NCBI GenBank assembly: GCA_024691475.1
Contig: JAILNP010000026.1
Span: forward strand, 1,669 to 65,668
Origin: Eggerthellaceae bacterium
GTDB lineage: Bacteria; Actinomycetota; Coriobacteriia; Coriobacteriales; Eggerthellaceae
DNA: 64,000 nt
Reading direction: 5' to 3'
Made by a program: the position numbers and the translations under genes. The notes under the pieces were generated by a model, which had not been told where the DNA came from, made no database searches, and saw nothing but the letters and a program-made list of their open reading frames with translations. Below are positions 50,519 to 60,040 of the stretch, one piece after another. Every line of letters starts with the position of its first letter. The stretch's first letter is position 1.

Positions 50519-52195
50519 ATGAACCAAGAGAACAGCAACGAGCAGACGGGCGTGAGCCGTCGCGGATTCCTCACGGGCGCTCTGGCAGCGGCTGGCGTAG
50601 CCGCTATGGGCATTACGGGATGCTCCAGCCCGAAGGGTGCCAGCGAGAAAGTCGCCGAGACGACGACCAACGCTGTGTCGGGGGCCATGCAGACCACCGA
50701 CCCCAGCAAGGCCGTTTGGCCCGTCGTGGAGGAGATCGAGGTAGGTGCTGCGGGCGAAGGCCAGATCGCCTTCGTTTCCGAGACCATCACCGATTTCGTT
50801 GCCGAGCATGACGTTGACGTCGTGGTGTGCGGCCTGGGCCCTGCGGGCGATGCCGCTGCGCTGGCTTGCGCAGAAGCTGGCCTGAACACGGTCGCCGTGG
50901 AAAAGCAGTCCACGGGCAATTACAACTCCGCAACCATCGGCGGCCTGAACACCAAGGTGCATCAGCATTGGGGCATGACGTACGACACCGATGCCTTCCT
51001 GGCCGACGCCATGATCGACTGCGCGTTCCAGGGCGACATGACGCTGTATAAGCATTGGATTGAGAAGTGCAGCGAGGCGGTGGACTGGTACATCGGGCAT
51101 TTCGACAACCAGAATCTCGATGACTACAAGCTCACGTTCGCCGCGGGCGATTTCCCCGATTTCCGCGAGCAGTACGATAAGACCTCGCTGTCTCGTTCGT
51201 GGAACACGTCCATCAACCTGCCGTATCCTGCTGGTGAGCTTGCGGGCATCCTGGCCGGCATCCTGGAGAAGGCGGGCGTCAAGATCCGCTACAACACTCC
51301 TGCGTGCCAGCTCGTCCAGGATTCTTCGGGCAAGGTCACGGGCGTTATCGTGAAGAGCAGCGATGGCTACGAGAAGTACAACTGCGCTAAGGGCGTGGTG
51401 CTCGCAACGGGCGGTTACGAGTTCAACAAGCAGATGCTCAAGGAGCGCTGCCGTCCGCGTAGCGTGCCTGGCTCCTGGCTCACCGGTGCGTTTGGCAACA
51501 CGGGCGACGGCCATCAGATGGGCCTGGCCGTGGGTGCGGCGGAAGATGAGTTCCCTCAGGCCATCATGCTCGACCCCGAGCAGCTCATGCCCTACATGCG
51601 CGTGAACAAGCTGGGCAAGCGCTTCACGCCCGAGTACGAGCCCTATGGCCATTTGGCCCTGGCCATCCAGGCGCAGCCCGAGGCATACGACTACTACATC
51701 GTGGATAGCGCCCTGGCTACGAAGATTGACAAGATTTGGACGCCCAGCTCTTCTTGCTACGGTCCCAAGGAAGTGTGGGTTGCCGCTGCAACGAGCCCCA
51801 ACGCCGTGCAGGCCGATACCATCGAGGAGCTGGCGAAGAAGCTCGACGTGCCGGCGGATGCCCTCGTTGCCACGGTGAAGCGTTGGAACGAGATGGCCGC
51901 TGCGGGCAAGGACGAGGACTTCAACTTCCCGGGCGACATGATGATGACGCTCGACACGCCTCCGTACTACGCCACCAAGGAATTCGCCGACGGCCTGTGC
52001 ACGGCGGGTGGCCTGCTGGTGGATACCGAGTGCCGCGTGCTCGACCATGACCGCAACCCCATCGAGGGCCTGTTCGCTGCGGGCCTCACGTCGGGTGGCA
52101 TGTTCTACAACACCTATCCGCATAACCTGAACTGCCTGTCGCATACGCGCAACTGCCTGATGGGCTATACCATCGGTCAGGTGCTCGGCGCCTAG
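50519..52195 (+). CDS. Tat-exported FAD-dependent oxidoreductase, substrate unknown
   Basis: SRRGFL Tat motif, TGC lipobox, VVVCGLGPAG, VVLATGGY, CTAGGLL, GLFAAG. Confidence 0.9.
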   Translation: MNQENSNEQTGVSRRGFLTGALAAAGVAAMGITGCSSPKGASEKVAETTTNAVSGAMQTTDPSKAVWPVVEEIEVGAAGEGQIAFVSETITDFVAEHDVDVVVCGLGPAGDAAALACAEAGLNTVAVEKQSTGNYNSATIGGLNTKVHQHWGMTYDTDAFLADAMIDCAFQGDMTLYKHWIEKCSEAVDWYIGHFDNQNLDDYKLTFAAGDFPDFREQYDKTSLSRSWNTSINLPYPAGELAGILAGILEKAGVKIRYNTPACQLVQDSSGKVTGVIVKSSDGYEKYNCAKGVVLATGGYEFNKQMLKERCRPRSVPGSWLTGAFGNTGDGHQMGLAVGAAEDEFPQAIMLDPEQLMPYMRVNKLGKRFTPEYEPYGHLALAIQAQPEAYDYYIVDSALATKIDKIWTPSSSCYGPKEVWVAAATSPNAVQADTIEELAKKLDVPADALVATVKRWNEMAAAGKDEDFNFPGDMMMTLDTPPYYATKEFADGLCTAGGLLVDTECRVLDHDRNPIEGLFAAGLTSGGMFYNTYPHNLNCLSHTRNCLMGYTIGQVLGA

Positions 52196-52244
52196 CGATT
52201 CGCCTTCCATATGCAGCCCGCCCCCCTCCCAGGGCTGCATGCCG

Positions 52245-52273
52245 GGCCCGCTGCCTCCTGCGGCGGGCCTTTT
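52245..52273 (+). terminator. intrinsic terminator
   Basis: GGCCCGCTGC-CTCCT-GCGGCGGGCC-TTTT. Confidence 0.7.
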
Positions 52274-52467
52274 GCGTGCGTGAGGGCGTGGGCGTGAGCG
52301 GGGGACGGAGGTTTGTTCATGCAATGAGTAGGGGCTTTGCGTGAGCGAAACCGTGAACTAACCTCCGCCCCCGTTCACTCGTCCCTTGTTCGTGCTCTGC
52401 GCGTGCCGTATCATCGTGCCAACGCCATTCGGGGGCAGGGGAGCGTATGGGTTCACGGGAAAGCAAG

Positions 52468-53196
52468 ATGCGTCGTCCGAGCGTTCGTCGTGCTGCGCCA
52501 GGGGTCGATTCTGGTCGCTCTCTGGCCTTGGGCCTTGCGGTGATTGCGGTCTTGCTGGTGCTTGCCGTTGCCGGCATTGTCGTTACGTGCACTCAGCAGC
52601 CCAACGACCAGCCTGCGGACGGGGTCGTCACCGATGTTCGCGATGAAAGCGAGCCGCTTGAAGGCGATGATGACGACGATGCTGCCGACGAGGACATCGT
52701 CTCCCAGTACCTCTTCGCGCAAGGCCTCGACGCCGCGCATGTTACGGCCATCATGGGCAATATTCGCCAGGAAAGCGGTTTCGAGCCCAATGCATGCGAT
52801 GGGAAATACTATGGTCTGTTCATGCTCAGTGGCGATCGCTTTGAATCCCTGTACGCGTATGCGCAGGCCAAGGGTACAGCATGGAGTGACACGCGTACGC
52901 AGATCGAATTTGCCTACGGCGAGTTGTCGGGTAGCGGGGAGGCGGCCGATTACGCTGCCGCCTTGGATATGTACCTTGCGGGATACGACACGGCGCTTAA
53001 TGCCTTCAACGCATACGAGGGCGTAGATTCTGCAACCGAATACTTTGCCCTTGCCTACGAACGCTGCGTAGGGGGTAGCGATTATAGCGCCATCGCCAGC
53101 GAGCTGACCGGCGGAAAGTATACGTCGCTTCAGCAGCTTTCCAAGCGCCAGTCGTTCGCGGCGAGCTATTACGAGGGCTTTACTCAGAGCGAATAA
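52468..53196 (+). CDS. membrane-anchored phage-tail-lysozyme-like peptidoglycan hydrolase
   Basis: N-terminal TM, acidic linker, AAHVTAIMGNIRQESGFEP...YGLFM...QIEFAYGEL...FALAYER...R (phage tail lysozyme pattern). Confidence 0.72.
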   Translation: MRRPSVRRAAPGVDSGRSLALGLAVIAVLLVLAVAGIVVTCTQQPNDQPADGVVTDVRDESEPLEGDDDDDAADEDIVSQYLFAQGLDAAHVTAIMGNIRQESGFEPNACDGKYYGLFMLSGDRFESLYAYAQAKGTAWSDTRTQIEFAYGELSGSGEAADYAAALDMYLAGYDTALNAFNAYEGVDSATEYFALAYERCVGGSDYSAIASELTGGKYTSLQQLSKRQSFAASYYEGFTQSE

Positions 53197-53295
53197 CGCC
53201 CCAGCGTGGGGCGGGCGTACGTTGGGGCGCATAAAGTAAGGCGCCCAGCCGAGGAACGCCGGGCGCCTAGGGGGTTTATTCGGTTGTGCGCGCTG

Positions 53296-53427
53296 CTAGA
53301 GCAAGTGCTGCATCATGGCTGCCTGCACGTTTACGCTGCGCATGCGTGCGAAGGGGCGCATGGGACCCGTGCTCTGTATACGCGGAATGGGGCCCGTCTG
53401 GGCCATATCTGACTGCTTCGCATTCAT
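53296..53427 (-). CDS. possible 43-aa small protein
   Basis: GAGGGTGG upstream; MNAKQSDMAQTGPIPRIQSTGPMRPF... with a repeated TGP; downstream hairpin. Coding status uncertain. Confidence 0.3.
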   Translation of the reverse strand: MNAKQSDMAQTGPIPRIQSTGPMRPFARMRSVNVQAAMMQHLL

Positions 53428-53562
53428 GCTGCGATACCCACCCTCGCTTGAGAGATATGGGCACAACGGCTCTTGTTTTAGATTTCCCTTACCCGCAAAC
53501 ACTCGTTTGGACGATAGGAACATGGGAGCCCCTCTCCACGCTGCCAACCCCAACTACCGTAC

Positions 53563-53886
53563 CTACGCCAGCTTGGATTGCTGCTGTTCCTGTTCCATGG
53601 CATTGAGCTGATCGATGTAGTCGATTACTTGGGTTCCCAGCGGGGTTACGACGTAGCCGCTTCGCGCGCGGTACTTCTGAATGCACCCAACCGCAACCAA
53701 TGCCTGCATGAGCGGGTTCAGCTTTCCTTTGCTGACGTGGAAGAGCTCGGCGATCTCTTCCTGGCTCTCGCGGACTCGCTCACCATCCACCGTACCTACC
53801 TGTAGTTTGCTCAAGAGCTGAAGCAGGCGATAGGTGTCTGACGTGAGCAAGCCCACGAGGGTGTGTGTTGCGTTTAAGTGCTGCAT
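53563..53886 (-). CDS. small winged-helix DNA-binding protein
   Basis: YRLLQLL...SQEEIAELFHVSKGKLNPLMQALVAVGCI...GYVVTPLG; AT-rich upstream region. Start could be 53928. Confidence 0.65.
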   Translation of the reverse strand: MQHLNATHTLVGLLTSDTYRLLQLLSKLQVGTVDGERVRESQEEIAELFHVSKGKLNPLMQALVAVGCIQKYRARSGYVVTPLGTQVIDYIDQLNAMEQEQQQSKLA

Positions 53887-54194
53887 TTGATTCAGATTAT
53901 AGTCATTGGTACAAAAAAGTAAACTCATAAAGTACAGAAAAATAGACCAAAGCGAATAGAAGACGTTGCCGACCCGAGAAAAATAAGGCGGTATATAGGT
54001 CATGTGTTGTGCGTTGGCTAGGTTTGTTGCAACAGGAACGTAACGGCGCGCTGGCTGGCTAGGGTGGGGGACTGCATCAGCTGGATTACGGTATCGTGGG
54101 CTTTTACGACTGCTTGGGCGCGTGGGCATGCGGGCTTCTATAATGGCAAGGCATAGCGATTCGCCCCATATGAGGGCTTGAAAGGATTTCGTGC

Positions 54195-55271
54195 ATGGAT
54201 GTCTTGCTGATGATTCTGTATTGCGCGATTGTGCTTGGCATTCTCGTCGTGATACATGAGGGCGGCCATTTTCTGGCTGCGCGCGCATTTGGAGTGCGCG
54301 TCACCGAGTTCATGGTCGGTCTGCCCGGTCCGCGTGTGGGCTTCATGTTCAAGGGCACGCGCTTTGGCGTGACGGCTGTGCCCCTGGGTGGTTACGCCCG
54401 CGTTTGCGGCATGGAAGCGGGCGAAGAAAGCCCGCATTTGGCGGGCACGTTGGCCTTCGTACGCGAGCGCGGCGTCGTGAACATGGAAGATGTTGCCCAA
54501 GAGCTGGGCATTTCCGACGACGAGGCGTATCACGCGCTCGACGAGCTTTCGGAATGGGGAACCATCGCGGGCCCACGTAGGAGCGACAAGTACAACACGT
54601 ATCGCACGTTGTCGTCGAAAGCGGCGTGCGATGGCGGCTCGTACAAGGAAGGCGATCCGCGTCCGCCGCTTAGTGACGTGGAGGCGTTCCTGAGCGAGGA
54701 GCGCAGCAAGCAGTACCGCTCCCTGCCGTTTTGGAAGCGCTGCGTCATTCTGTTGGCGGGCCCGGGTGTGAACTTGCTGTTTGCCCTGCTCGTATTCGTG
54801 ATCGTCTATTCGTTCGTGGGTGTTGACGCCACGAATTCCGCGGGCGAGACCGTGCATATCCAGGTAGATCCACTGCGTGCCATCATGGCGGGGCTTAGCT
54901 ACATCGGCATGGTCATCATGGCCGTTGGGCAGCTATTCAATCCCGTAACGGCCGCTCAGACGGTTTCCGATTCCACGAGCGTCGTGGGCATCGCGGTGCT
55001 CTCGAAGAGTGCAGCCGAAGCTGGCCTCATTTCGTTCTCCATGTTCACGGCTATGATTTCCGTGTCGCTGGGGATTATGAACATGCTGCCCATCCCGCCT
55101 TTGGATGGCGGCCGCTTCGTGGTGGAAATCTACCAGCGCATTCGACGTCGCAACGTGGGGCAAACTGCCATAAATCGGTTGAGCATGGTGGGCATGGCCC
55201 TGTTCATGCTGCTGTTCGTGGTCATGCTCAATCAGGACATTCAACGGTTCATTTTCGGGAATTGGGGGTAA
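54195..55271 (+). CDS. rseP: site-2 intramembrane metalloprotease RseP (M50), PDZ-less, with cytoplasmic insertion
   Basis: IHEGGH, PLGGYARVCGM, LLAGPGVN, NMLPIPPLDGG. TATAAT at 54139. Confidence 0.92.
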   Translation: MDVLLMILYCAIVLGILVVIHEGGHFLAARAFGVRVTEFMVGLPGPRVGFMFKGTRFGVTAVPLGGYARVCGMEAGEESPHLAGTLAFVRERGVVNMEDVAQELGISDDEAYHALDELSEWGTIAGPRRSDKYNTYRTLSSKAACDGGSYKEGDPRPPLSDVEAFLSEERSKQYRSLPFWKRCVILLAGPGVNLLFALLVFVIVYSFVGVDATNSAGETVHIQVDPLRAIMAGLSYIGMVIMAVGQLFNPVTAAQTVSDSTSVVGIAVLSKSAAEAGLISFSMFTAMISVSLGIMNMLPIPPLDGGRFVVEIYQRIRRRNVGQTAINRLSMVGMALFMLLFVVMLNQDIQRFIFGNWG

Positions 55272-55274
55272 TCG

Positions 55275-56339
55275 GTGAAACCTTGTCAGCAAACGCGTCA
55301 GGTTATGGTTGGGTCGGTGCCCGTGGGCGGGGGCGCTCCGTGTGCCGTGCAGTCCATGGCGTGCATGCCCGCCGACGACGTGCAGGCTAATCTTAGCCAG
55401 ATTCGGCGTCTGGCCGATGCGGGCTGCGAAATCGTGCGTGTTGCCATTCCGCGACGCAATTGTCTCGACGCGTTCCAACGTATCTGCGAGGAGTCCCCGT
55501 TGCCCGTGGTGGCCGACGTTCATTTCGATGCGCAGATTGCCATCGAAGCAGCCCGTAGGGGAGCGGCGAAGCTGCGCATCAATCCCGGTAACATCGGGGG
55601 CCTGGCCAAGACTGACGCCGTCATCGATGCCGCAGGCGAAGCGGGCATTCCCATTCGCGTGGGAGTGAATGCCGGCTCGCTTGACGATGCCCTTGCCGAG
55701 CGCGATGACCTTACGCTGCCCGAAAAGCTCGTGGAGAGCGCCGCGGGCTACGTGGAGTACTTCGAGGGTAGGGGCTTTACCGACTTGGTGGTTTCGGCGA
55801 AGGCCAGCGACGTGCCCACCACGGTGGCTGCGTATCGCCTGCTTTCCCGTCGCTTGCCCCAGGTGCCGCTGCATATTGGCGTTACCGAAGCGGGCACGCT
55901 CTTCCAGGGCTTGGTGAAATCCGCTTCTGGCCTGGGCATCCTTCTGGAAGAGGGCATTGGCGACACCATGCGCATTTCGCTTACCGACGACCCGGTGCAG
56001 GAAATTCATGCCTGCTGGTCGTTGCTCTCGGCGCTGGGCCTGCGTCGTCGCAGCCCCGAATTGGTGAGCTGCCCCACCTGCGGCCGCTGCCAGGTGGACC
56101 TCATCGGCTTGGCCAAGGAAGTCGACGAACGCCTGCGCACTGTGGCAAACCCCATCAAGGTGGCCGTCATGGGCTGCGTGGTGAATGGCCCCGGCGAGGC
56201 GGCCGATGCCGATATTGGCGTAGCATGCGGGGCAGGGCAGGGCGTCATCTTCAAGGGCGGAAGCACCTTGCGCAAGGTTCCCGAAGACCAGATCGTCGAA
56301 GCGCTCATGGCCGAAATCGCCAAGCTTCCGCAGAAGTAG
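55275..56339 (+). CDS. ispG: HMBPP synthase
   Basis: VQSM, ADVHFD, RINPGNIG, IRVGVNAGSL, GIGDTMRISLT, SCPTCGRC, MGCVVNGPGEA. Confidence 0.97.
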   Translation: MKPCQQTRQVMVGSVPVGGGAPCAVQSMACMPADDVQANLSQIRRLADAGCEIVRVAIPRRNCLDAFQRICEESPLPVVADVHFDAQIAIEAARRGAAKLRINPGNIGGLAKTDAVIDAAGEAGIPIRVGVNAGSLDDALAERDDLTLPEKLVESAAGYVEYFEGRGFTDLVVSAKASDVPTTVAAYRLLSRRLPQVPLHIGVTEAGTLFQGLVKSASGLGILLEEGIGDTMRISLTDDPVQEIHACWSLLSALGLRRRSPELVSCPTCGRCQVDLIGLAKEVDERLRTVANPIKVAVMGCVVNGPGEAADADIGVACGAGQGVIFKGGSTLRKVPEDQIVEALMAEIAKLPQK

Positions 56340-56438
56340 ACGCTTGTCGGGCTCTCACGTTCGCTCATTCGTTGAAAATGCTAGGCGCGCCGTGTGTTTG
56401 CGCTAATATAGGCGCGTTGTAGACAGATAGGATTCCAG

Positions 56439-58226
56439 ATGACTCAGATTATGCGCATGAGCGCGCTGTATGCGCCCACGCTTAAAGAAGTTCCCAACGA
56501 TGCCGACATCGTCAGCCACCAGCTGCTGCTTCGTGCTGGCATGATGCGCAAGAGCGCAACGGGCCTCTATAGCTTCCTGCCGCTGGGCTGGCGCGTCATC
56601 AAGAAGATCGAGAACATCGTGCGCCAGGAAATGGACGCCATCGATGCTCAGGAAATCATGATGCCCGAACTGCAGCCTTCCGAGCTGTGGCATGAGAGCG
56701 GCCGCTGGGACGACTACGGCCCCGAACTCATGCGCATGGAAGACCGCCACGGCCATGGCCTGTGCCTGGGCCCCACGCACGAGGAGCTCATTACCGACCT
56801 GGTGCGCAACGAGTTGAAGTCCTATAAGCAGCTTCCCCTTACGCTGTACCAGATCCAGTCGAAGTTCCGCGACGAGATTCGCCCGCGCTTCGGCCTCATG
56901 CGTAGCCGCGAGTTCATCATGAAGGATGCGTACAGCTTCCATGCAAGCCAGGAATCGCTGCAGCAGACGTACGACGACATGAGCGATGCCTACGCCCGCA
57001 TCTGCGAGCGCCTGGGCCTGGACTTCCGTCCTGTGCAGGCCGACTCGGGCCAGATTGGCGGTAGCGTTACGTGCGAATACCATGCTCTGGCCGACGCTGG
57101 CGAAGCCGAGCTTGCCAGCTGCACGTGCGGCTGGGCTGCGAATAGCGAAGTGGCCGCGTGCCTGCCGCATCCCACGGAATACGCGGAAACCGAACTGAAG
57201 AAGATCGAAACGCCGGGCGTGCATACCATTGCCGAGCTCGCCGCGTTCTTGAACTGCCCCGAAAGCTCTACCGTGAAGGCAATGGTGGGCAAGGACGCCG
57301 AGGGCAACCCCATTGCCCTGTTCGTGCCGGGCGACCACGAGCTGAACGAGCTCAAGGCCGAGCGTACCATCGATGGCTTTGCGCTTATGTCCGACGAGGA
57401 GCTCGAGGCAGCTGGTCTGCCCAAGGGTTCCATCGGCTGCGTGGGTCTGCCCCAGGGCGTGCGCATCGTTGCCGATAGCAGCCTGCAGGGCATTGCCCAT
57501 TGGGTGGTTGGCGCCAACGAAGACGGCTTCCACTATGTGGGTGCCGAGCAGGGTCGCGATTTCACCGTGGACGTATGGGCCGACCTGTGTACGGTGCGCG
57601 AGGGCGATACCTGCCCCGAGTGCGGCAAGCCGGTGAGCATGTGCCGCGGCATCGAAGTGGGCCAGGTGTTCCAGCTGGGCACGAAGTACAGCCAGAACAT
57701 GGGTGCCACCTACCTCGACGAAAACGGCAAGGAACAGCCGTTCATCATGGGCTGCTATGGCGTGGGTGTGTCTCGCTGCATGGCCGCCATCGTGGAGCAG
57801 CATAGCGACGAATACGGCATTGCCTGGCCTGCAAGCGTTGCTCCTGCGCACGTATGCGTGCTGCCTTTGGTGGTAGGCGACGACGTGGTTCAGCCGGTGG
57901 CCGAGCGAGTGGCGCGCGAGCTGGCCGAGCTGGGCGTGGAAGTGGTTCTGGACGACCGCAAGGAACGCCCTGGCGTGAAGTTCGCCGAAGCCGACCTCAT
58001 GGGCTGGCCGCTGCAGATCGTGGTGGGCAAGCGTGGCGTTGCCAACCAGGAGCTGGAGCTGAAGGTTCGCTCCACGGGCGAGAAGTCCACCATCTCCTTC
58101 GACGAGTACGCCGAGGCCCTGGCATTCGCCAAGCGCGCCAGCAAGCCCATTGCGTCCTTCCTCGAGCAGGCTGCCAACGTAAGGATGGAAGCGGCCGTTA
58201 CCACGGTTCGCTCCCAGATGAAATAG
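56439..58226 (+). CDS. proS: prolyl-tRNA synthetase (with INS editing domain)
   Basis: LGPTHEE, YQIQSKFRDEIRPRFGLMRSREF, GIEVGQVFQLGTKYS, MGCYGVGVSR. Confidence 0.98.
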   Translation: MTQIMRMSALYAPTLKEVPNDADIVSHQLLLRAGMMRKSATGLYSFLPLGWRVIKKIENIVRQEMDAIDAQEIMMPELQPSELWHESGRWDDYGPELMRMEDRHGHGLCLGPTHEELITDLVRNELKSYKQLPLTLYQIQSKFRDEIRPRFGLMRSREFIMKDAYSFHASQESLQQTYDDMSDAYARICERLGLDFRPVQADSGQIGGSVTCEYHALADAGEAELASCTCGWAANSEVAACLPHPTEYAETELKKIETPGVHTIAELAAFLNCPESSTVKAMVGKDAEGNPIALFVPGDHELNELKAERTIDGFALMSDEELEAAGLPKGSIGCVGLPQGVRIVADSSLQGIAHWVVGANEDGFHYVGAEQGRDFTVDVWADLCTVREGDTCPECGKPVSMCRGIEVGQVFQLGTKYSQNMGATYLDENGKEQPFIMGCYGVGVSRCMAAIVEQHSDEYGIAWPASVAPAHVCVLPLVVGDDVVQPVAERVARELAELGVEVVLDDRKERPGVKFAEADLMGWPLQIVVGKRGVANQELELKVRSTGEKSTISFDEYAEALAFAKRASKPIASFLEQAANVRMEAAVTTVRSQMK

Positions 58227-59561
58227 ATGACGTTTTCCAGCTTGGGCGCTGCCTACGGCGCATATAAGGATTCCCAGGAACACCCCGCCCCCGAGCTTTT
58301 GGCTCCGGCGGGCGGGTGGGAGCAGCTTGCCTACGCTATTCGCTTCGGTGCCGATGCCGTGTACCTGGCTACCGACAAGTTCGGGCTGCGCAAGCGTGCA
58401 ACCAACTTCAGCTTGGAGGATTTACCGCAGGTCGTGGGGTATGCTCACGACCATGGCGTGCGTGTACACGTTACGGTGAACGCCCAGATGCATCGAGCCG
58501 ATTTCGACGATCTGCCCCGCTATTTGCAGGCCATTGACGAAGCGGGCGCTGATGCGGTGCTGGTAAGCGATTTGGGCGCGCTGCGCATGGCGCGCCAGTA
58601 CGCTCCTCACGTGCAGATTCACGTGAGCACTCAGGCAAGCGTCTCGAATGCCCAGTCGGCTCTGGTGTGGCACGAGCTGGGCGCGTCGCGCATCGTGTGC
58701 GCTCGCGAGATGAGCCTAGCCGACATCGCCGCCATGCGCGAGGAGCTTCCGCGTGAGCTTGAGCTGGAAGTGTTCGTGCATGGTGCCATGTGCATGGCCA
58801 TTTCCGGCCGCTGCCTCATTAGCGATTACCTTACCGGTCGCAGCGCCACCGATGGCAATTGCACGCAGCCCTGCCGCTGGAAGTATTCCCTGGTGGAGGA
58901 AAAGCGCCCGGGTGAGTTCTTCCCCGTGGAGGAAGACGAGCGCGGCAGCTACATGCTGAACGCCAAGGACATGAACATGCTTGCCCATCTGGACGAGCTG
59001 CGTCGCATCGGGGTCGATTCGGTGAAGATCGAGGGTCGCAACAAGCGCGCCTTCTATGTTGCCACGGTGGTCAACGCGTATCGTCAGGTGCTCGATGGCG
59101 CCGACCCAGCCGCATTCGCGGGCGAGCTGGAAACCGTATCGCACCGCCCCTATGGCACGGGCTTCTACTTTGGCCCCGCGCATCAGACGCCCGAGAGCGA
59201 TGCATACATCCGCCCGTACGATTGGGCGTTCGACGTGCTTGAATGCGAGTCCAAGGGCGATGTGTGGCGTGTGGTGGGTCTGTGCCGCAACCGCTTCTGG
59301 GAGGGTAGCGAGCTCGAGGTGCTTGCCCCGCACGAGCCGGTGCGCACGTGCCTGGCACTGAACGTGTGCCATATGCCCTACGAAGAGGTTACTATCGACG
59401 AGCGCGAACGGCCGCAGTGGCAGCCGACTTCTCCGCAGCCGCTCGAGATGCCCGTGAACTGCGCGAATCGCACCATGGAGCTTTACGCGTTCGATATTCC
59501 GTTCCCCGTGGAGCGTCATACCATCTTCCGCATTCAGCGCGCTAGTCGTACCACTAAATAG
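58227..59561 (+). CDS. U32-family Fe-S protein (TrhP/YegQ-like tRNA hydroxylase)
   Basis: ELLAPAG, GADAVY, HVSTQAS, FVHGAMCMAISGRC...CTQPCRW, SVKIEGR. Confidence 0.85.
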   Translation: MTFSSLGAAYGAYKDSQEHPAPELLAPAGGWEQLAYAIRFGADAVYLATDKFGLRKRATNFSLEDLPQVVGYAHDHGVRVHVTVNAQMHRADFDDLPRYLQAIDEAGADAVLVSDLGALRMARQYAPHVQIHVSTQASVSNAQSALVWHELGASRIVCAREMSLADIAAMREELPRELELEVFVHGAMCMAISGRCLISDYLTGRSATDGNCTQPCRWKYSLVEEKRPGEFFPVEEDERGSYMLNAKDMNMLAHLDELRRIGVDSVKIEGRNKRAFYVATVVNAYRQVLDGADPAAFAGELETVSHRPYGTGFYFGPAHQTPESDAYIRPYDWAFDVLECESKGDVWRVVGLCRNRFWEGSELEVLAPHEPVRTCLALNVCHMPYEEVTIDERERPQWQPTSPQPLEMPVNCANRTMELYAFDIPFPVERHTIFRIQRASRTTK

Positions 59562-59674
59562 CTCCGTCGTAATTACGCGCCCCATTTGCTGACCGCCTTG
59601 GCGCATGTCGCGAATGAATGCGCTCAAGTGCGGTATCATTTCCCTATATTCGTCCAGGGAGAAAGGGATGCTGC

Positions 59675-59992
59675 ATGGGAAAGCGTGCCGAAGAAGCATT
59701 GGATATTGCCACGATTGACGACCTGAAGACGTATCTTCGTGTGAGTCACGCGGCGTATATGCAGGTAGGGGTGTATACGTACTACCTTACCGATGTCAAT
59801 TCGCACGCATGGCGCGTGCAAGACACCAACGAGTTGAACGAGAAGGCGCATTACGTCGATTGCTCCGACTTGGTTCCCACGATCGACGAGTTCCTGCACG
59901 TCCCCTTTACGGAAGAAGGCGAGAGCATCGAGGACCTGTTTTCCGATGCCACGTTCTTCGCGAGCGAAGGCTCTGTCAAGGATTTCGACTAG
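59675..59992 (+). CDS. small acidic hypothetical protein
   Basis: 105-aa ORF with GAAAGGGA RBS and biased third-position codon use; no recognised motif. Confidence 0.65.
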   Translation: MGKRAEEALDIATIDDLKTYLRVSHAAYMQVGVYTYYLTDVNSHAWRVQDTNELNEKAHYVDCSDLVPTIDEFLHVPFTEEGESIEDLFSDATFFASEGSVKDFD

Positions 59993-60004
59993 ATGCCAAT
60001 TGCC

Positions 60005-60040
60005 AAGCCGGGGAGTGCTGCGCCCCGGCTTTTCTATTTT
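60005..60040. terminator. terminator between convergent genes
   Basis: AAGCCGGGG...CCCCGGCTT-TTCTATTTT. Confidence 0.7.

Noticed and set aside
52468-53886. Prophage or integrative element
   Set aside because: No integrase, terminase, structural or conjugation genes, and no duplicated tRNA-Sec 3' end was seen.
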